From IMG/VR virus record IMGVR_UViG_3300024581_002845: a DNA stretch of 64,000 nucleotides; one strand, written 5' to 3'. Shown here piece by piece: positions 30,247 through 39,255 of the stretch. The notes beneath the pieces were generated by a model. That model was not told the origin of the DNA. It did no database searches and worked only from the letters and a program-made list of their open reading frames with translations. Within the stretch, counting starts at the first letter, position 1. Every line of letters begins with the position of its first letter. The position numbers and the translations under genes were made by a program. Source of the DNA: a virus.

Positions 30247-30551
30247 TATAAACTCTCTAATATTGTAGTATAACTTTGATCAGGTTGTGCACCCGTAATT
30301 CTACTTACTTCGGTTTCCCCGTCAAAAATAATAACCGTAGGTACACTCCTAATACCTAAACCCTGTGCATATTGACCCTCTTCATCAACATTAACTTTAA
30401 CAAATTCGATGTTTTCGTATTGACCATCTAATTTTTCAAGTCTTGGGATTAATGACCTACATGGTCCACACCATGGTGCCCAAAGATCTAATAATACTTT
30501 CTTACCTTCTTTCTGTAGTGATACGACCTCCGCCGCTGATACGTTTTCCAT
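30246..30551 (-). CDS. trxA: Thioredoxin
   Basis: WAPWCGPC, KVNVD, IRSVPT. Confidence 0.92.
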   Translation of the reverse strand: MENVSAAEVVSLQKEGKKVLLDLWAPWCGPCRSLIPRLEKLDGQYENIEFVKVNVDEEGQYAQGLGIRSVPTVIIFDGETEVSRITGAQPDQSYTTILESL

Positions 30552-30553
30552 AA

Positions 30554-31642
30554 TTAATTAAAACCTATTTTATTTTTTCCATTTATTGATTTATAAATAT
30601 CAACATCAATATTATATAAATCAGATAAGACCATTTCCTCATCAATAGTCACCTCCTTACCCAATGATTTAAGAAGTTTGTTACCCGTTTCTACAGATAA
30701 TTTATTGAATTTATATTCAGCAATCAACCTACCCTTACGTAAGAACGCTTCATCAATATTCTCTCTCTTGGTGTTAAATGTTGCTATGATTTGGATATTT
30801 AAACAATCACCTAATATACCATCGGTCAGGTTTAATAGATTGGAAGTACTCTGAGAAGTCCCATTATTGGATTCTCTCGACCCTAAGACCTTTTCCGCAT
30901 CTTCAATAATCAAGATACTGTTTTTGTGGTCCATAAGAAAAGGAATGATTGCGGGATCAGTTAATGACTCTGCCATCATGGGGGGTACAAAAATTATTTT
31001 CTTATCCTTAATTTCTTTAGTTAAGTATTTTATGTAAGTGGTTTTACCCGTACCGGGTTCTCCATGTAACAAAACAATTCCCTTATCATTCTCAGTGTTT
31101 AATCTTTTAACGATAATGTCGTTAATCTCTTTAAAACCATCACCATAATTAGTTTCTAAGTCAACATTGGGTTGGTTTAGTTCATAATCTTCGAGATCCC
31201 AATAACCACCACCATGTGATCTGATTAGTGAAATATTACTCTCGGTATTAGGACTAATAGAATCTTTTAAGAAAGATAAATCCAATTGGGTTTCAACATC
31301 ACCTTTGTCTATTGAGTAGTAAATGTTCAATGTCAGTTTATTGGTTTTATTATTCTTTTTGGTTTTAATAATAATCTCTTTGGTGTCGTGGGTAAGTAGT
31401 GATTCCTCAACCTGATCCTCACTGACCTCCTTTAGAACTCCAAGTCTAAACCTTACTTTTTGTAGTGTTGTGATTTTTTTAAATCCTAAGTCTTTTAATT
31501 TTTGGAGAATACTCGCATCATAAGATGTCTTATCAACTCTTGATGATGGTAATTTTTCGAATTTTATGATGTATATCTGTTCTGCAGCTATCTCTTCCGA
31601 ATAACCCGTTTCGAACAGTGAATAATGTTTTGGTATCTTCAT
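30554..31642 (-). CDS. AAA+ ATPase
   Basis: Walker A GEPGTGKT, Walker B ILIIEDAE, ATFN, LRKGRL. Confidence 0.88.
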   Translation of the reverse strand: MKIPKHYSLFETGYSEEIAAEQIYIIKFEKLPSSRVDKTSYDASILQKLKDLGFKKITTLQKVRFRLGVLKEVSEDQVEESLLTHDTKEIIIKTKKNNKTNKLTLNIYYSIDKGDVETQLDLSFLKDSISPNTESNISLIRSHGGGYWDLEDYELNQPNVDLETNYGDGFKEINDIIVKRLNTENDKGIVLLHGEPGTGKTTYIKYLTKEIKDKKIIFVPPMMAESLTDPAIIPFLMDHKNSILIIEDAEKVLGSRESNNGTSQSTSNLLNLTDGILGDCLNIQIIATFNTKRENIDEAFLRKGRLIAEYKFNKLSVETGNKLLKSLGKEVTIDEEMVLSDLYNIDVDIYKSINGKNKIGFN

Positions 31643-31932
31643 TTAGTTATAATACGTTCAAGTCCTCTGTTATCAATGAATATCTTTGGTTCATAATAAC
31701 TATCATCCCGACTTGCAATGTGATCTATCTGTAACGTTTTTTTTACGATCTCAAATTGCTCCATAGTTAATGTTGGGTCGTTTTTTTCGTGGTAATTTTT
31801 TATTGCAACCTCATTAACCAAATCAAAAAATTTGTTTTCATCCATGTCACCGATGAAGTGTTCATACGCTTCTCTATTGGTGTTAAGGTATTTCCTCAAT
31901 TTACCTATATAGACTAAAACTTCCGCCTCCAT
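31639..31932 (-). CDS. Hypothetical protein, 97 aa
   Basis: Coupled overlaps on both sides. Confidence 0.65.
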   Translation of the reverse strand: MEAEVLVYIGKLRKYLNTNREAYEHFIGDMDENKFFDLVNEVAIKNYHEKNDPTLTMEQFEIVKKTLQIDHIASRDDSYYEPKIFIDNRGLERIITK

Positions 31933-32453
31933 TAGACTTTCTGTATTTGTTCGATTGTTAATGAAACTTTAGTAGGTCTACCGAAAACCTTTACATCAAC
32001 ATCTACTTTATCCCCCTCGACATTTCTCACCTCACCTTCGAATGTGTTGAATGGTCCATCAATGACTTTAACCACTTCACCAACACGATATTCGATTCTA
32101 CTTTTGACATCTTGACCTTTTTGACCCTCATTAAGGACTCTTTGAATTTCCCTATCACGTAATCTTACGGGTCTTTTATCGCCGAGAACCTTCATAATAT
32201 CGGGTAGGTATGATAGATTTTTCAACTCGTCCTGATCTAATTCGTGTTCTGCCTCAAAGTATAGGTAACCTGTATAGATCACTCTTTCCCTGATGACTCT
32301 TTTATTCTTAATCATTTTGTATTGTTTCTCCAACGGACATACAAAACGTTTGATACTCTTTATGTCACCTAATTCAATTTCAGTATTGAATTGTTCCATA
32401 AGTTGTCTCTCTTTACCCGGTAGTACCTTTACTAAATACCAATAGGTTGCCAT
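31932..32453 (-). CDS. nusG: Transcription elongation/antitermination factor NusG
   Basis: WYLVKVLPGKE, YTGYLYF (NGN domain); VKVIDGPFNTFEGEV KOW; VFGRPTKV. Confidence 0.9.
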   Translation of the reverse strand: MATYWYLVKVLPGKERQLMEQFNTEIELGDIKSIKRFVCPLEKQYKMIKNKRVIRERVIYTGYLYFEAEHELDQDELKNLSYLPDIMKVLGDKRPVRLRDREIQRVLNEGQKGQDVKSRIEYRVGEVVKVIDGPFNTFEGEVRNVEGDKVDVDVKVFGRPTKVSLTIEQIQKV

Positions 32454-32477
32454 AACTTATAATAATAGAAAAGTGAA

Positions 32478-33377
32478 TTACATCTCCTCGAACAACGATA
32501 GTTGTTCTCCCACTTTATATTTTGGTGATCCGTAATTCATTATCAGAATTTCGGTACCCTCATTTTGAGTACCGTCCTTCTTCGCGGCGGCAGACTTCTT
32601 GAAATTCTTATCCTGCCAATTATAATTGAAGTAAGGGAACCATTCCCTTAATAGAGGAAAATCGTAATAAGAAAGACTGAATCTACCCTCAATACTTTTT
32701 AGTGTGTCCGCCAATCTTTCATGGTCTGTTCTATCAAAATCGTGATTTGAATAGTAATTCTCAGTTTTCCAATATGGAGGATCCGTATAAAAGTATGATG
32801 TTGGTGAGTCGTACTTTTCAATGACTTGTTGAAAGTCGAGATTCTCCACAAACGTTATTTTATCGAAGTGTTCTCTATATTTTTTATTCTTCAACTTATC
32901 CATAAATATCAGAACTTTACAACGATACTTACCTTTGTAATCTGTGTATTTAGAAGTTTCAGGTTTTGACCCTGAGAAAACTTGGGTTAGGACAAATACA
33001 TACTTAACTGCCGCGTCAAACTCTTTTCCGGGTTCAATAACAAAAGATGGGTCGAATACTTCTTTTTGACATTTATTAAAGAACTCCTGACACTGAGGGG
33101 GTGTATTCTCTACACCCCTTTTTTGTATGTACTCGTCATACTTATCAAGTTCCTCATGTAAACGATCGTAATCTTTAGAACACTTCATAAGGTTAGTATT
33201 TAACCCGTTAAAGTCATTGTAGACAACCGTCTTAAGATTTGGGTATTGTTCTAAGTCCATATTGAAGAATACCCAAAACATACCTGAAAAAGGTTCTACG
33301 TATGTTTCGATATCACTCGGGATAAATGGCACAATCCACTTACCTATCCTCGCCTTTCCTCCAATATAACTTATCAT
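32478..33377 (-). CDS. dam: DNA adenine (N6) methyltransferase, Dam/D12 class
   Basis: YIGGK, YVEPFSG, YND, DFQQVI, FYTDPPY, LSYY, EILIMNY. Confidence 0.88.
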   Translation of the reverse strand: MISYIGGKARIGKWIVPFIPSDIETYVEPFSGMFWVFFNMDLEQYPNLKTVVYNDFNGLNTNLMKCSKDYDRLHEELDKYDEYIQKRGVENTPPQCQEFFNKCQKEVFDPSFVIEPGKEFDAAVKYVFVLTQVFSGSKPETSKYTDYKGKYRCKVLIFMDKLKNKKYREHFDKITFVENLDFQQVIEKYDSPTSYFYTDPPYWKTENYYSNHDFDRTDHERLADTLKSIEGRFSLSYYDFPLLREWFPYFNYNWQDKNFKKSAAAKKDGTQNEGTEILIMNYGSPKYKVGEQLSLFEEM

Positions 33378-33404
33378 GAATTACTTCGTTAACGTTCTTT
33401 ATAA

Positions 33405-33433
33405 AATATACAGAAAAAGAACGAGGAAGTCAA
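33405..33433 (-). promoter_or_regulatory. Class I promoter TTGACT-N17-TATATT
   Basis: Exact 17-nt spacer upstream of the methyltransferase. Confidence 0.7.
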
Positions 33434-33499
33434 CCACCTATGGGATTATAAGGTCACATTTTCTATTTAAAAATCCACTTATAAAGTATATATTGTATT

Positions 33500-33652
33500 A
33501 TGGCGTGCAGTAAGTGTAAAAAGAAACAACAGAGGGAGGAAATACTGAAAGAGTTTGAGAAAACAGAAAGAGTCGTTAAAGTCTTTGGTTTTATCATTCT
33601 TGGTCTATCACTATATGGTGTATTTTCCTTGATTTACAACCTCGTTACGTGA
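33500..33652 (+). CDS. 50-aa membrane protein MACSKCKKK..., not in the ORF track
   Basis: ATG 33500; CxxC N-term; hydrophobic C-term; GTGA overlap with the next gene; TTTAAA-N17-TATATT upstream. Confidence 0.65.
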   Translation: MACSKCKKKQQREEILKEFEKTERVVKVFGFIILGLSLYGVFSLIYNLVT

Positions 33653-34296
33653 AAAAGAAGAAGAAATACAAGATTATTCTTTTCTGTAACAAGGAGAGAA
33701 AGAAGTTGGTCTATCAAACAGTTAGTCTTCCCGCAATTAGAGATCTTTGGTACGAATTAAAGACCGAAAAGAAACCCCGTTATGTAAAAGAGTATGGGGG
33801 TAAAAGAAATCAACAATTAGATTATGAATTGGCATTGATCTATCCCGATAATAGATGGGCTAAGAAGAAAACAGTCACTAAGAGAGATGAAATCGGTCGT
33901 TTATATGAGGCGGCGGTGGACACTAAAGGTTTTAGACTTAAAGAGATAATCCCATATTGGCAAGAGGAAAAGATTTATGACCATGATAATGGTAAACACA
34001 TTAGATATCACGAATTAATGTCAATATTGGAGTCGGTGGATGAGATTGCACAAATATTCACATTAAATACCAAACTATTCCTTCAGATTGAAGATACAAT
34101 TAGGATGTTCGGTAATAAGAATCTAAATGATTCGGATAGGTTATTCGATTTACTGAGAGAGGACCTACTAAAAAACAAAAAAGGTAATTTTATCTTTGTT
34201 AAAGACATAACTACCTCACAGAGAAAATCCCTATATGATATGTTAGAAAAAAAGGGATATAAAAGAACCGACTTATTTAGACACTATTCTTACTAA
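33649..34296 (+). CDS. Basic hypothetical protein, 215 aa
   Basis: Long plus-strand ORF with no competing minus-strand gene. Confidence 0.75.
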   Translation: MKKKKKYKIILFCNKERKKLVYQTVSLPAIRDLWYELKTEKKPRYVKEYGGKRNQQLDYELALIYPDNRWAKKKTVTKRDEIGRLYEAAVDTKGFRLKEIIPYWQEEKIYDHDNGKHIRYHELMSILESVDEIAQIFTLNTKLFLQIEDTIRMFGNKNLNDSDRLFDLLREDLLKNKKGNFIFVKDITTSQRKSLYDMLEKKGYKRTDLFRHYSY

Positions 34297-34516
34297 ACAC
34301 GAAAGGTATCTCACCAATCACAATTGAGAATGTACCTGAATCGTCATCTTCTACTCGTCCCCCGTATTTCTCATTTACGTACTCAAGTATCCTATTAAAT
34401 TCCCCTTCCGTTAGTTCAAAGAATGCAGTTGTGTTAACAGACTCAAGATTTACCTTCTCAAGTAAATCCGATACGATTGCCAACTGATTTAATATGTCAC
34501 CCTTTTTATCGCTCAC
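34277..34516 (-). CDS. Hypothetical protein, 79 aa
   Basis: ATGA-type coupling. Confidence 0.6.
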   Translation of the reverse strand: MSDKKGDILNQLAIVSDLLEKVNLESVNTTAFFELTEGEFNRILEYVNEKYGGRVEDDDSGTFSIVIGEIPFVFSKNSV

Positions 34517-34716
34517 AGACCTAAGAGAGTTTTAATTTTACTAAATAATTTATTTACTTTCGACTTCGGCTTCGGAGTCACGAAAAGATCCTCTTTCTTC
34601 ATACTCTTCAGTTGTTGGATCATCTGTTTCTTGTGATTCTCCACCTCCAACTGATCCTTCTTCATCTCCTTCTCCAACCAAGCTAAGTCTTCCTTCTGTT
34701 GGCTCATCGTTTTCAA
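34513..34716 (-). CDS. Basic coiled-coil hypothetical protein, nested in the 3' end of the upstream gene
   Basis: Amphipathic K/E/Q/M composition; coupled to the downstream gene. Confidence 0.55.
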   Translation of the reverse strand: MKTMSQQKEDLAWLEKEMKKDQLEVENHKKQMIQQLKSMKKEDLFVTPKPKSKVNKLFSKIKTLLGL

Positions 34717-35065
34717 ATTTTAATCTTTCGAGTTGTTCAAGAGTTAATGATTCAAACATACCTCTCATTTCTCGAACCTTCTTATCAAAAAGTTCTCTTT
34801 TCTTCTCTTCCTCTAAGTTCTTCTCTACAACTTCATTGGCACATTTAAACGTTGTATCGTACCCATTTTGGGTTGCGGAGGAAACGAAAGAGATAAGTAC
34901 GTCTTTATCATTCTTATCCTGAACTTTAACTTGTAGGGTTTTATATACTGATACAATCTTCTCGTACTTCCAAGAAGATGGTAATTTCAAATCCAAACTG
35001 ACATTATCTTTTATTTCTCTCAAAGAGAAGAAGTATGGTCTTAATGATTTTATAATATCGTACAC
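34550..35065 (-). CDS. Hypothetical protein with acidic C-tail (GTG start)
   Basis: ORF track; tail overlaps the next gene by 167 nt. Confidence 0.65.
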   Translation of the reverse strand: MYDIIKSLRPYFFSLREIKDNVSLDLKLPSSWKYEKIVSVYKTLQVKVQDKNDKDVLISFVSSATQNGYDTTFKCANEVVEKNLEEEKKRELFDKKVREMRGMFESLTLEQLERLKFENDEPTEGRLSLVGEGDEEGSVGGGESQETDDPTTEEYEERGSFRDSEAEVESK

Positions 35066-35074
35066 TATGGTATT

Positions 35075-35254
35075 TTAAATTAAAATATATGTTATTATAT
35101 ATGAAATGGTAAAATAGAAAATTACCTTCTCGTATGTATTAACGGACAATGGTTTTGCATCGGTAACAAATAACTTTACAACGAATTCCACCACAAACCT
35201 TAGAATGAAGGTTATTGATAAGACAAATAAGAATAAATCAATATTATTTATCAT
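35075..35254 (-). CDS. 59-aa two-TM membrane protein (MINNIDLFLFVLSITF...), not in the ORF track
   Basis: ATG 35254, TAA 35077-35075; two hydrophobic stretches; fills the gap. Confidence 0.6.
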   Translation of the reverse strand: MINNIDLFLFVLSITFILRFVVEFVVKLFVTDAKPLSVNTYEKVIFYFTISYIITYILI

Positions 35255-35426
35255 GTCTCTTAATTTCGTCTAAAATTTCTTTCCTGAAATCGGAAATTAG
35301 GGTCTTAACTTGTTGAGCATACTTACGAGCCCTGATAGATGCCGATCTATTACCTTTCTCGTATACCTTGTTAGTATCGACCGACATTTTCTCTACGAGA
35401 TCCTTAATTTTACTTAACGTTTCCAT
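35244..35426 (-). CDS. Histone H1-like Hc1-family small DNA-binding protein
   Basis: GNRSASIRARK..FRKE resembles the GNKAAGTRARK..FRK pattern of Bacteroidota/Chlamydia Hc1 proteins. Confidence 0.7.
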   Translation of the reverse strand: METLSKIKDLVEKMSVDTNKVYEKGNRSASIRARKYAQQVKTLISDFRKEILDEIKRHDK

Positions 35427-35449
35427 ATATTTTTACCGTTTCTGATACT

Positions 35450-35478
35450 AATATACGGAATTTTTTTTATTAGTTCAA
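35450..35478 (-). promoter_or_regulatory. Class I promoter TTGAAC-N17-TATATT
   Basis: Upstream of the Hc1-like gene. Confidence 0.65.
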
Positions 35479-35925
35479 GTTCTTTTCTAATAATTTATAG
35501 ATTTCCGTAAGTACTGAAAGTTCTGATCTCGTCTTCTTGTGTTTGTAATTAAATAATTTGTATAGGTACTCCTCCACTTTAATTTCTTCTTCATCCATCT
35601 TTAAAAAATAGAACGACTCTAAGAAGAAATCCCAAAAATATTCATAGTGTATCCCCCTTTTATTTAGATTGATCTTCTCTTTGGATAGATTGTCGACCGT
35701 TTTATCCCAACACCACGTGAAATGGATTCTTTGTTCTTCTTCCGTGATAATTGCATCAGGACCTAAGTAAGTTTGGTTGATTAAGAGATAGACGGAGTTT
35801 ACAAAATCATAAAACAACTCTATCTTTTCTGTTGTAATACCATAAGCACGGTACCAAACTTCCGCTTGGTAACCGTAATCTTGCTTATTAAGTATTTCTT
35901 TGAGATTCATGTCTTTATTTCCCAT
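35470..35925 (-). CDS. Hypothetical protein, 151 aa
   Basis: ORF track; has its own class I promoter. Confidence 0.7.
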   Translation of the reverse strand: MGNKDMNLKEILNKQDYGYQAEVWYRAYGITTEKIELFYDFVNSVYLLINQTYLGPDAIITEEEQRIHFTWCWDKTVDNLSKEKINLNKRGIHYEYFWDFFLESFYFLKMDEEEIKVEEYLYKLFNYKHKKTRSELSVLTEIYKLLEKNLN

Positions 35926-35936
35926 ATTTCTACTAA

Positions 35937-35965
35937 AATATACGAATAAAAGAAAATAAAGACAA
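35937..35965 (-). promoter_or_regulatory. Class I promoter TTGTCT-N17-TATATT
   Basis: Same hexamers and spacing as the promoter at 9931-9959. Confidence 0.65.
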
Positions 35966-35970
35966 TAGTA

Positions 35971-37173
35971 TTACTGAGTCTTTTCGTTGTAAGAAGAGAG
36001 TTTTTTCATTTTTTGGATTTCCTCTTCTAACACACTTTTCTTTTCTTCTACCGTTTCAGTTAAGTCCTCTTTCGATTCTTTAACAATCTTAACAGGTTGA
36101 ACATCTTTTACGTACATCGGTTTTTCTTCGTCTCTTTTCTTTCTTTTCTCCGCCGTTTTCGCAATGTTTTTACCTGTATCGGTTGGAATGGTGTTTCCTC
36201 CATCTGCATTACCCATTGTAGAGTCTCCCTCTAATGCTTTCTTAAGTCTATCTTTAAACTCATCTGTAGGTTCGTGATCGTAATCTAAATCCAATGGATT
36301 TTCTCCCCTTTCCATTTCCATCTCTTCGTTTTGGTCGTCAGTGTTGTGTACCACTTTCTTAGGATCCAATGTTTCAGGTCCTCCTTTACCGACCGCCTTT
36401 GGAAATTCAGGATTATCATTACCCTCAACAGATAATGCATCTTTGATTTTCTTATCTACGTTACCCATATGTTCTTTAGTTTCTTTTCCACCTACTTTGT
36501 GTGAATCTTCCACCGCTTTTAGTCCCGGTATCGCCTCATTCACCATTTTAGTGATCATCTCTACTAATTCAGATTCAGTCATTCTTATGACTTTCTTATT
36601 TTCAGAAATTGTTTCCGTTTCGCTCATGTCTCCACATTCACAAATACCCTTACCACATTTTTCACATGTAGTCTCATCAATATCCATTTCGATTTCACCC
36701 TTTCCTTCGTCTTCTTGCATGTCCCCACACTCACATAGTTCTTTACCACATTTTTCGCAGGTACTTTCATTGGTTTCACCCTTTCTTAATTTTGCAAGAT
36801 CTGACGCTTCGATCTTACCATCGTTATCAACATCTAATTTATGTTGGTCACCATGTAATTTTTCGTCAACTGATTGATTTTCTTCCATGTTTTCTGAATC
36901 TAATTCTTCACCTAACTGATCTAATTTGTCGATTAATTCTTCTTTAGACTCGTAGGTTTCTATTTCCACAACAAATTTCTTGTCAGGATTATTTTTATTG
37001 TATTCTTCACACTTAGAGTCTGCCTCCTCTTTAGTGTCGCAAATTTCAACGTATTCACCCTCACACTTAACACAGTATGCGGTTTTACTACCCTCACCTT
37101 CGTTAAGGATGGTATTTTTTATCTCGTTGGAGATAGTCTCTTCAATTATTTTATTTAAATCTGAAACTTTCAT
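35971..37173 (-). CDS. Acidic low-complexity protein with EF-hand-like loop and duplicated Cys motifs (possible head/scaffold protein)
   Basis: LDVDNDGKIEASDL; TCEKCGKxxCECGDM x2; TATTTATA at 37178-37185. Confidence 0.65.
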   Translation of the reverse strand: MKVSDLNKIIEETISNEIKNTILNEGEGSKTAYCVKCEGEYVEICDTKEEADSKCEEYNKNNPDKKFVVEIETYESKEELIDKLDQLGEELDSENMEENQSVDEKLHGDQHKLDVDNDGKIEASDLAKLRKGETNESTCEKCGKELCECGDMQEDEGKGEIEMDIDETTCEKCGKGICECGDMSETETISENKKVIRMTESELVEMITKMVNEAIPGLKAVEDSHKVGGKETKEHMGNVDKKIKDALSVEGNDNPEFPKAVGKGGPETLDPKKVVHNTDDQNEEMEMERGENPLDLDYDHEPTDEFKDRLKKALEGDSTMGNADGGNTIPTDTGKNIAKTAEKRKKRDEEKPMYVKDVQPVKIVKESKEDLTETVEEKKSVLEEEIQKMKKLSSYNEKTQ

Positions 37174-37174
37174 A

Positions 37175-37669
37175 CTATATAAATATGCTCTTTATCTCAT
37201 TTATCACGATTTTTTCCACCTCATTGTATGGTATTCCGTACTTTTTAGAGACTTCTTTTACTGCTTCGTTTAATTCCTCACTTTCATAGAATTCTAAGGC
37301 GTTTATATCACCTTCATTACAATAGGGGAATTTCTTACATTTTTCTTTAACCTTTACGAAAACACCTTCAGGACCACCATATAATGGGAAATTACTCTTT
37401 CTGAGTTGTTTCATCCTTTTTTTAATTGAATCAGGTCCGTCAATCTTAAGTGGATTACTCTTTCCTGTTCCAAATGGTGCATCGTATTGACCCGCCGAAG
37501 AAGTTGCAGTTGATAGGGCTTCAGTAAACTCACCCTCTTCAACTTCATCCTCGTTGTATTTCTTTTTATTGTGGATTTTATATATCTCTCTTTTGGTAAT
37601 GAAGTTCATCGGTGCTTCAAAGGAACCCGCAGAACCTGACATTGTCGCCTCTTTAGTTTCTTTTTTCAT
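37175..37669 (-). CDS. Hypothetical protein, 164 aa
   Basis: ORF track; KCKKFPYC motif. Confidence 0.65.
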   Translation of the reverse strand: MKKETKEATMSGSAGSFEAPMNFITKREIYKIHNKKKYNEDEVEEGEFTEALSTATSSAGQYDAPFGTGKSNPLKIDGPDSIKKRMKQLRKSNFPLYGGPEGVFVKVKEKCKKFPYCNEGDINALEFYESEELNEAVKEVSKKYGIPYNEVEKIVINEIKSIFI

Positions 37670-37908
37670 TACTTAACGTTTTTTAATGGTCCCTCCCAAA
37701 AAGACTTACGTTGCCATAACTGTTTGAATAACTCTACAACAACCTTTGTAGATAAATCCACCACTTTTTGGTTTATGTCTCTCGTACCCATTTCTTTTTT
37801 AACCATATCAATTACGGTTTTATGTGCTTGGGTACCCTTCAAGAAATCTTTGATCTCTTTCTTGACAATAGTTTCAATTTGTTTTTTATCTGTTGCTGTT
37901 AATGACAT
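37669..37908 (-). CDS. Hypothetical protein, 79 aa
   Basis: TAATG coupling. Confidence 0.65.
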   Translation of the reverse strand: MSLTATDKKQIETIVKKEIKDFLKGTQAHKTVIDMVKKEMGTRDINQKVVDLSTKVVVELFKQLWQRKSFWEGPLKNVK

Positions 37909-37909
37909 C

Positions 37910-38413
37910 TTAATCTATTCTTCTTTGTGATATTACATCATTCATCGCATCCGCAAATACATCCTCAAACTTTAATAGTTTTTCAATGGACTCTAAAGAC
38001 TCATAAGAGACCTTTAACATCGCAGTGTTCAGATAAACACCTTTATTTTTACCCGCAATAATAACAAAGTCAATCTCCACGTCAGGTAAATTACCGTCTA
38101 ACCTAACCTGATTAGGTTGTATGGTGATGCCAGGACGAAGATCTCCCAAATCAGATACCTGAGTACCAAAATTAGAAATTACGTCACTCACGGACTTCTT
38201 TTGTTGGTCGTTCAACTGTAAATCCTCTTCAGTAGATGCGATCATAGTGACTACAACCCCATCAACAACAGTTGATACGTTTTCCATCTTCTTTTCGGAG
38301 TTATCTTCCTGTTCGTTAAGGGATTTTTTGTTTAGTTGAGATTCATTAAGGTTTCTTAATGTATTCAACATCCTTTTTGTCTTGTCGTAGTCCATATGTG
38401 TTTCAAATTTCAT
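37910..38413 (-). CDS. Hypothetical protein, 167 aa
   Basis: ORF track. Confidence 0.65.
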   Translation of the reverse strand: MKFETHMDYDKTKRMLNTLRNLNESQLNKKSLNEQEDNSEKKMENVSTVVDGVVVTMIASTEEDLQLNDQQKKSVSDVISNFGTQVSDLGDLRPGITIQPNQVRLDGNLPDVEIDFVIIAGKNKGVYLNTAMLKVSYESLESIEKLLKFEDVFADAMNDVISQRRID

Positions 38414-39008
38414 CTTCTATAAAATTTTTAAAATTAAACGAAGGGTTTATATCTGTATAAATATTTGAAAAGTTGGATTTACATACAATTCCCTTAAAAT
38501 TCTCTACGTTTTCTATGAATCCGTTACTTGGGACAACCCTTTCTTCGATATTATACCTCTCACAGAGGTATCTACAAAGTTCTACTGTGGTTTCCTGTTG
38601 TTGATCGGTATATCTGTCCCAATAAAACCTATCTCTCCAACTCCTAACATAAGGTTCAGACCTATGTGGGTCATTGATCCAATTACTGAAGTACCCCGTG
38701 ATGGTATTTTTTTGTAACCATCCTAAGTTTTCTATTGCAATTTTGATCTGTTTACGATCAACTTTATCATTACCGAAGGTTTTTGAGGAAAATTCAGGAT
38801 CAAGGACTTTATAAACATCCCCCATTTTACTTATAATGAAATGAGGAATATCATCGTATTCCCCATTGTATCTGTACTTAATTTTATTTACGAAATCGTC
38901 AATCCTTCTCTTAGTATCATATAAAAAGATCTGTTTCTTTTTATATTTTCTTTTAGAGTGGTTAAGTGTTTTACTATCTATTGTTTCTACGTCTCGAATT
39001 TCCAACAT
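38403..39008 (-). CDS. N-acetylmuramoyl-L-alanine amidase (Amidase_2)-like protein with apparently missing Zn-His ligands
   Basis: IPHFIISKMGDV, IAIENLG, YTDQQQETTVELCRYLCERYNI, TDINP. Confidence 0.65.
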   Translation of the reverse strand: MLEIRDVETIDSKTLNHSKRKYKKKQIFLYDTKRRIDDFVNKIKYRYNGEYDDIPHFIISKMGDVYKVLDPEFSSKTFGNDKVDRKQIKIAIENLGWLQKNTITGYFSNWINDPHRSEPYVRSWRDRFYWDRYTDQQQETTVELCRYLCERYNIEERVVPSNGFIENVENFKGIVCKSNFSNIYTDINPSFNFKNFIEDEI

Positions 39009-39255
39009 TCCTTACAATTACTTTAGATCCTACTTGAATGAAGTTATTTTGGGGTGGTGGTGATTTTTCCATATATAAATCATCCACGTATTCAGTAGGT
39101 AATGGTGTTGGGAGGGGTGTTTCTGTAGGTGAGGGGGTAGAAGTTGGTATAGGGGTTACGGTTGGGCTTGGTGTTGATGTTGGGTCGGGTGTGTTAGAAG
39201 GAGTTAAAGTTAATGTCGGAGTTGGGGTTCCTGAAGGTGTTACCTCTATTAATTT
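38974..39255 (-). CDS. -1 frame extension (93 aa, Pro/Thr-rich) of the 39249-40523 protein
   Basis: After the A10 run the frame reads KLIEVTPSGTPTPTLTLTPSNTPDPT...RRRNNR* with no start codon before the PT tract. Confidence 0.7.
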   Translation of the reverse strand, partial: KLIEVTPSGTPTPTLTLTPSNTPDPTSTPSPTVTPIPTSTPSPTETPLPTPLPTEYVDDLYMEKSPPPQNNFIQVGSKVIVRNVGNSRRRNNR

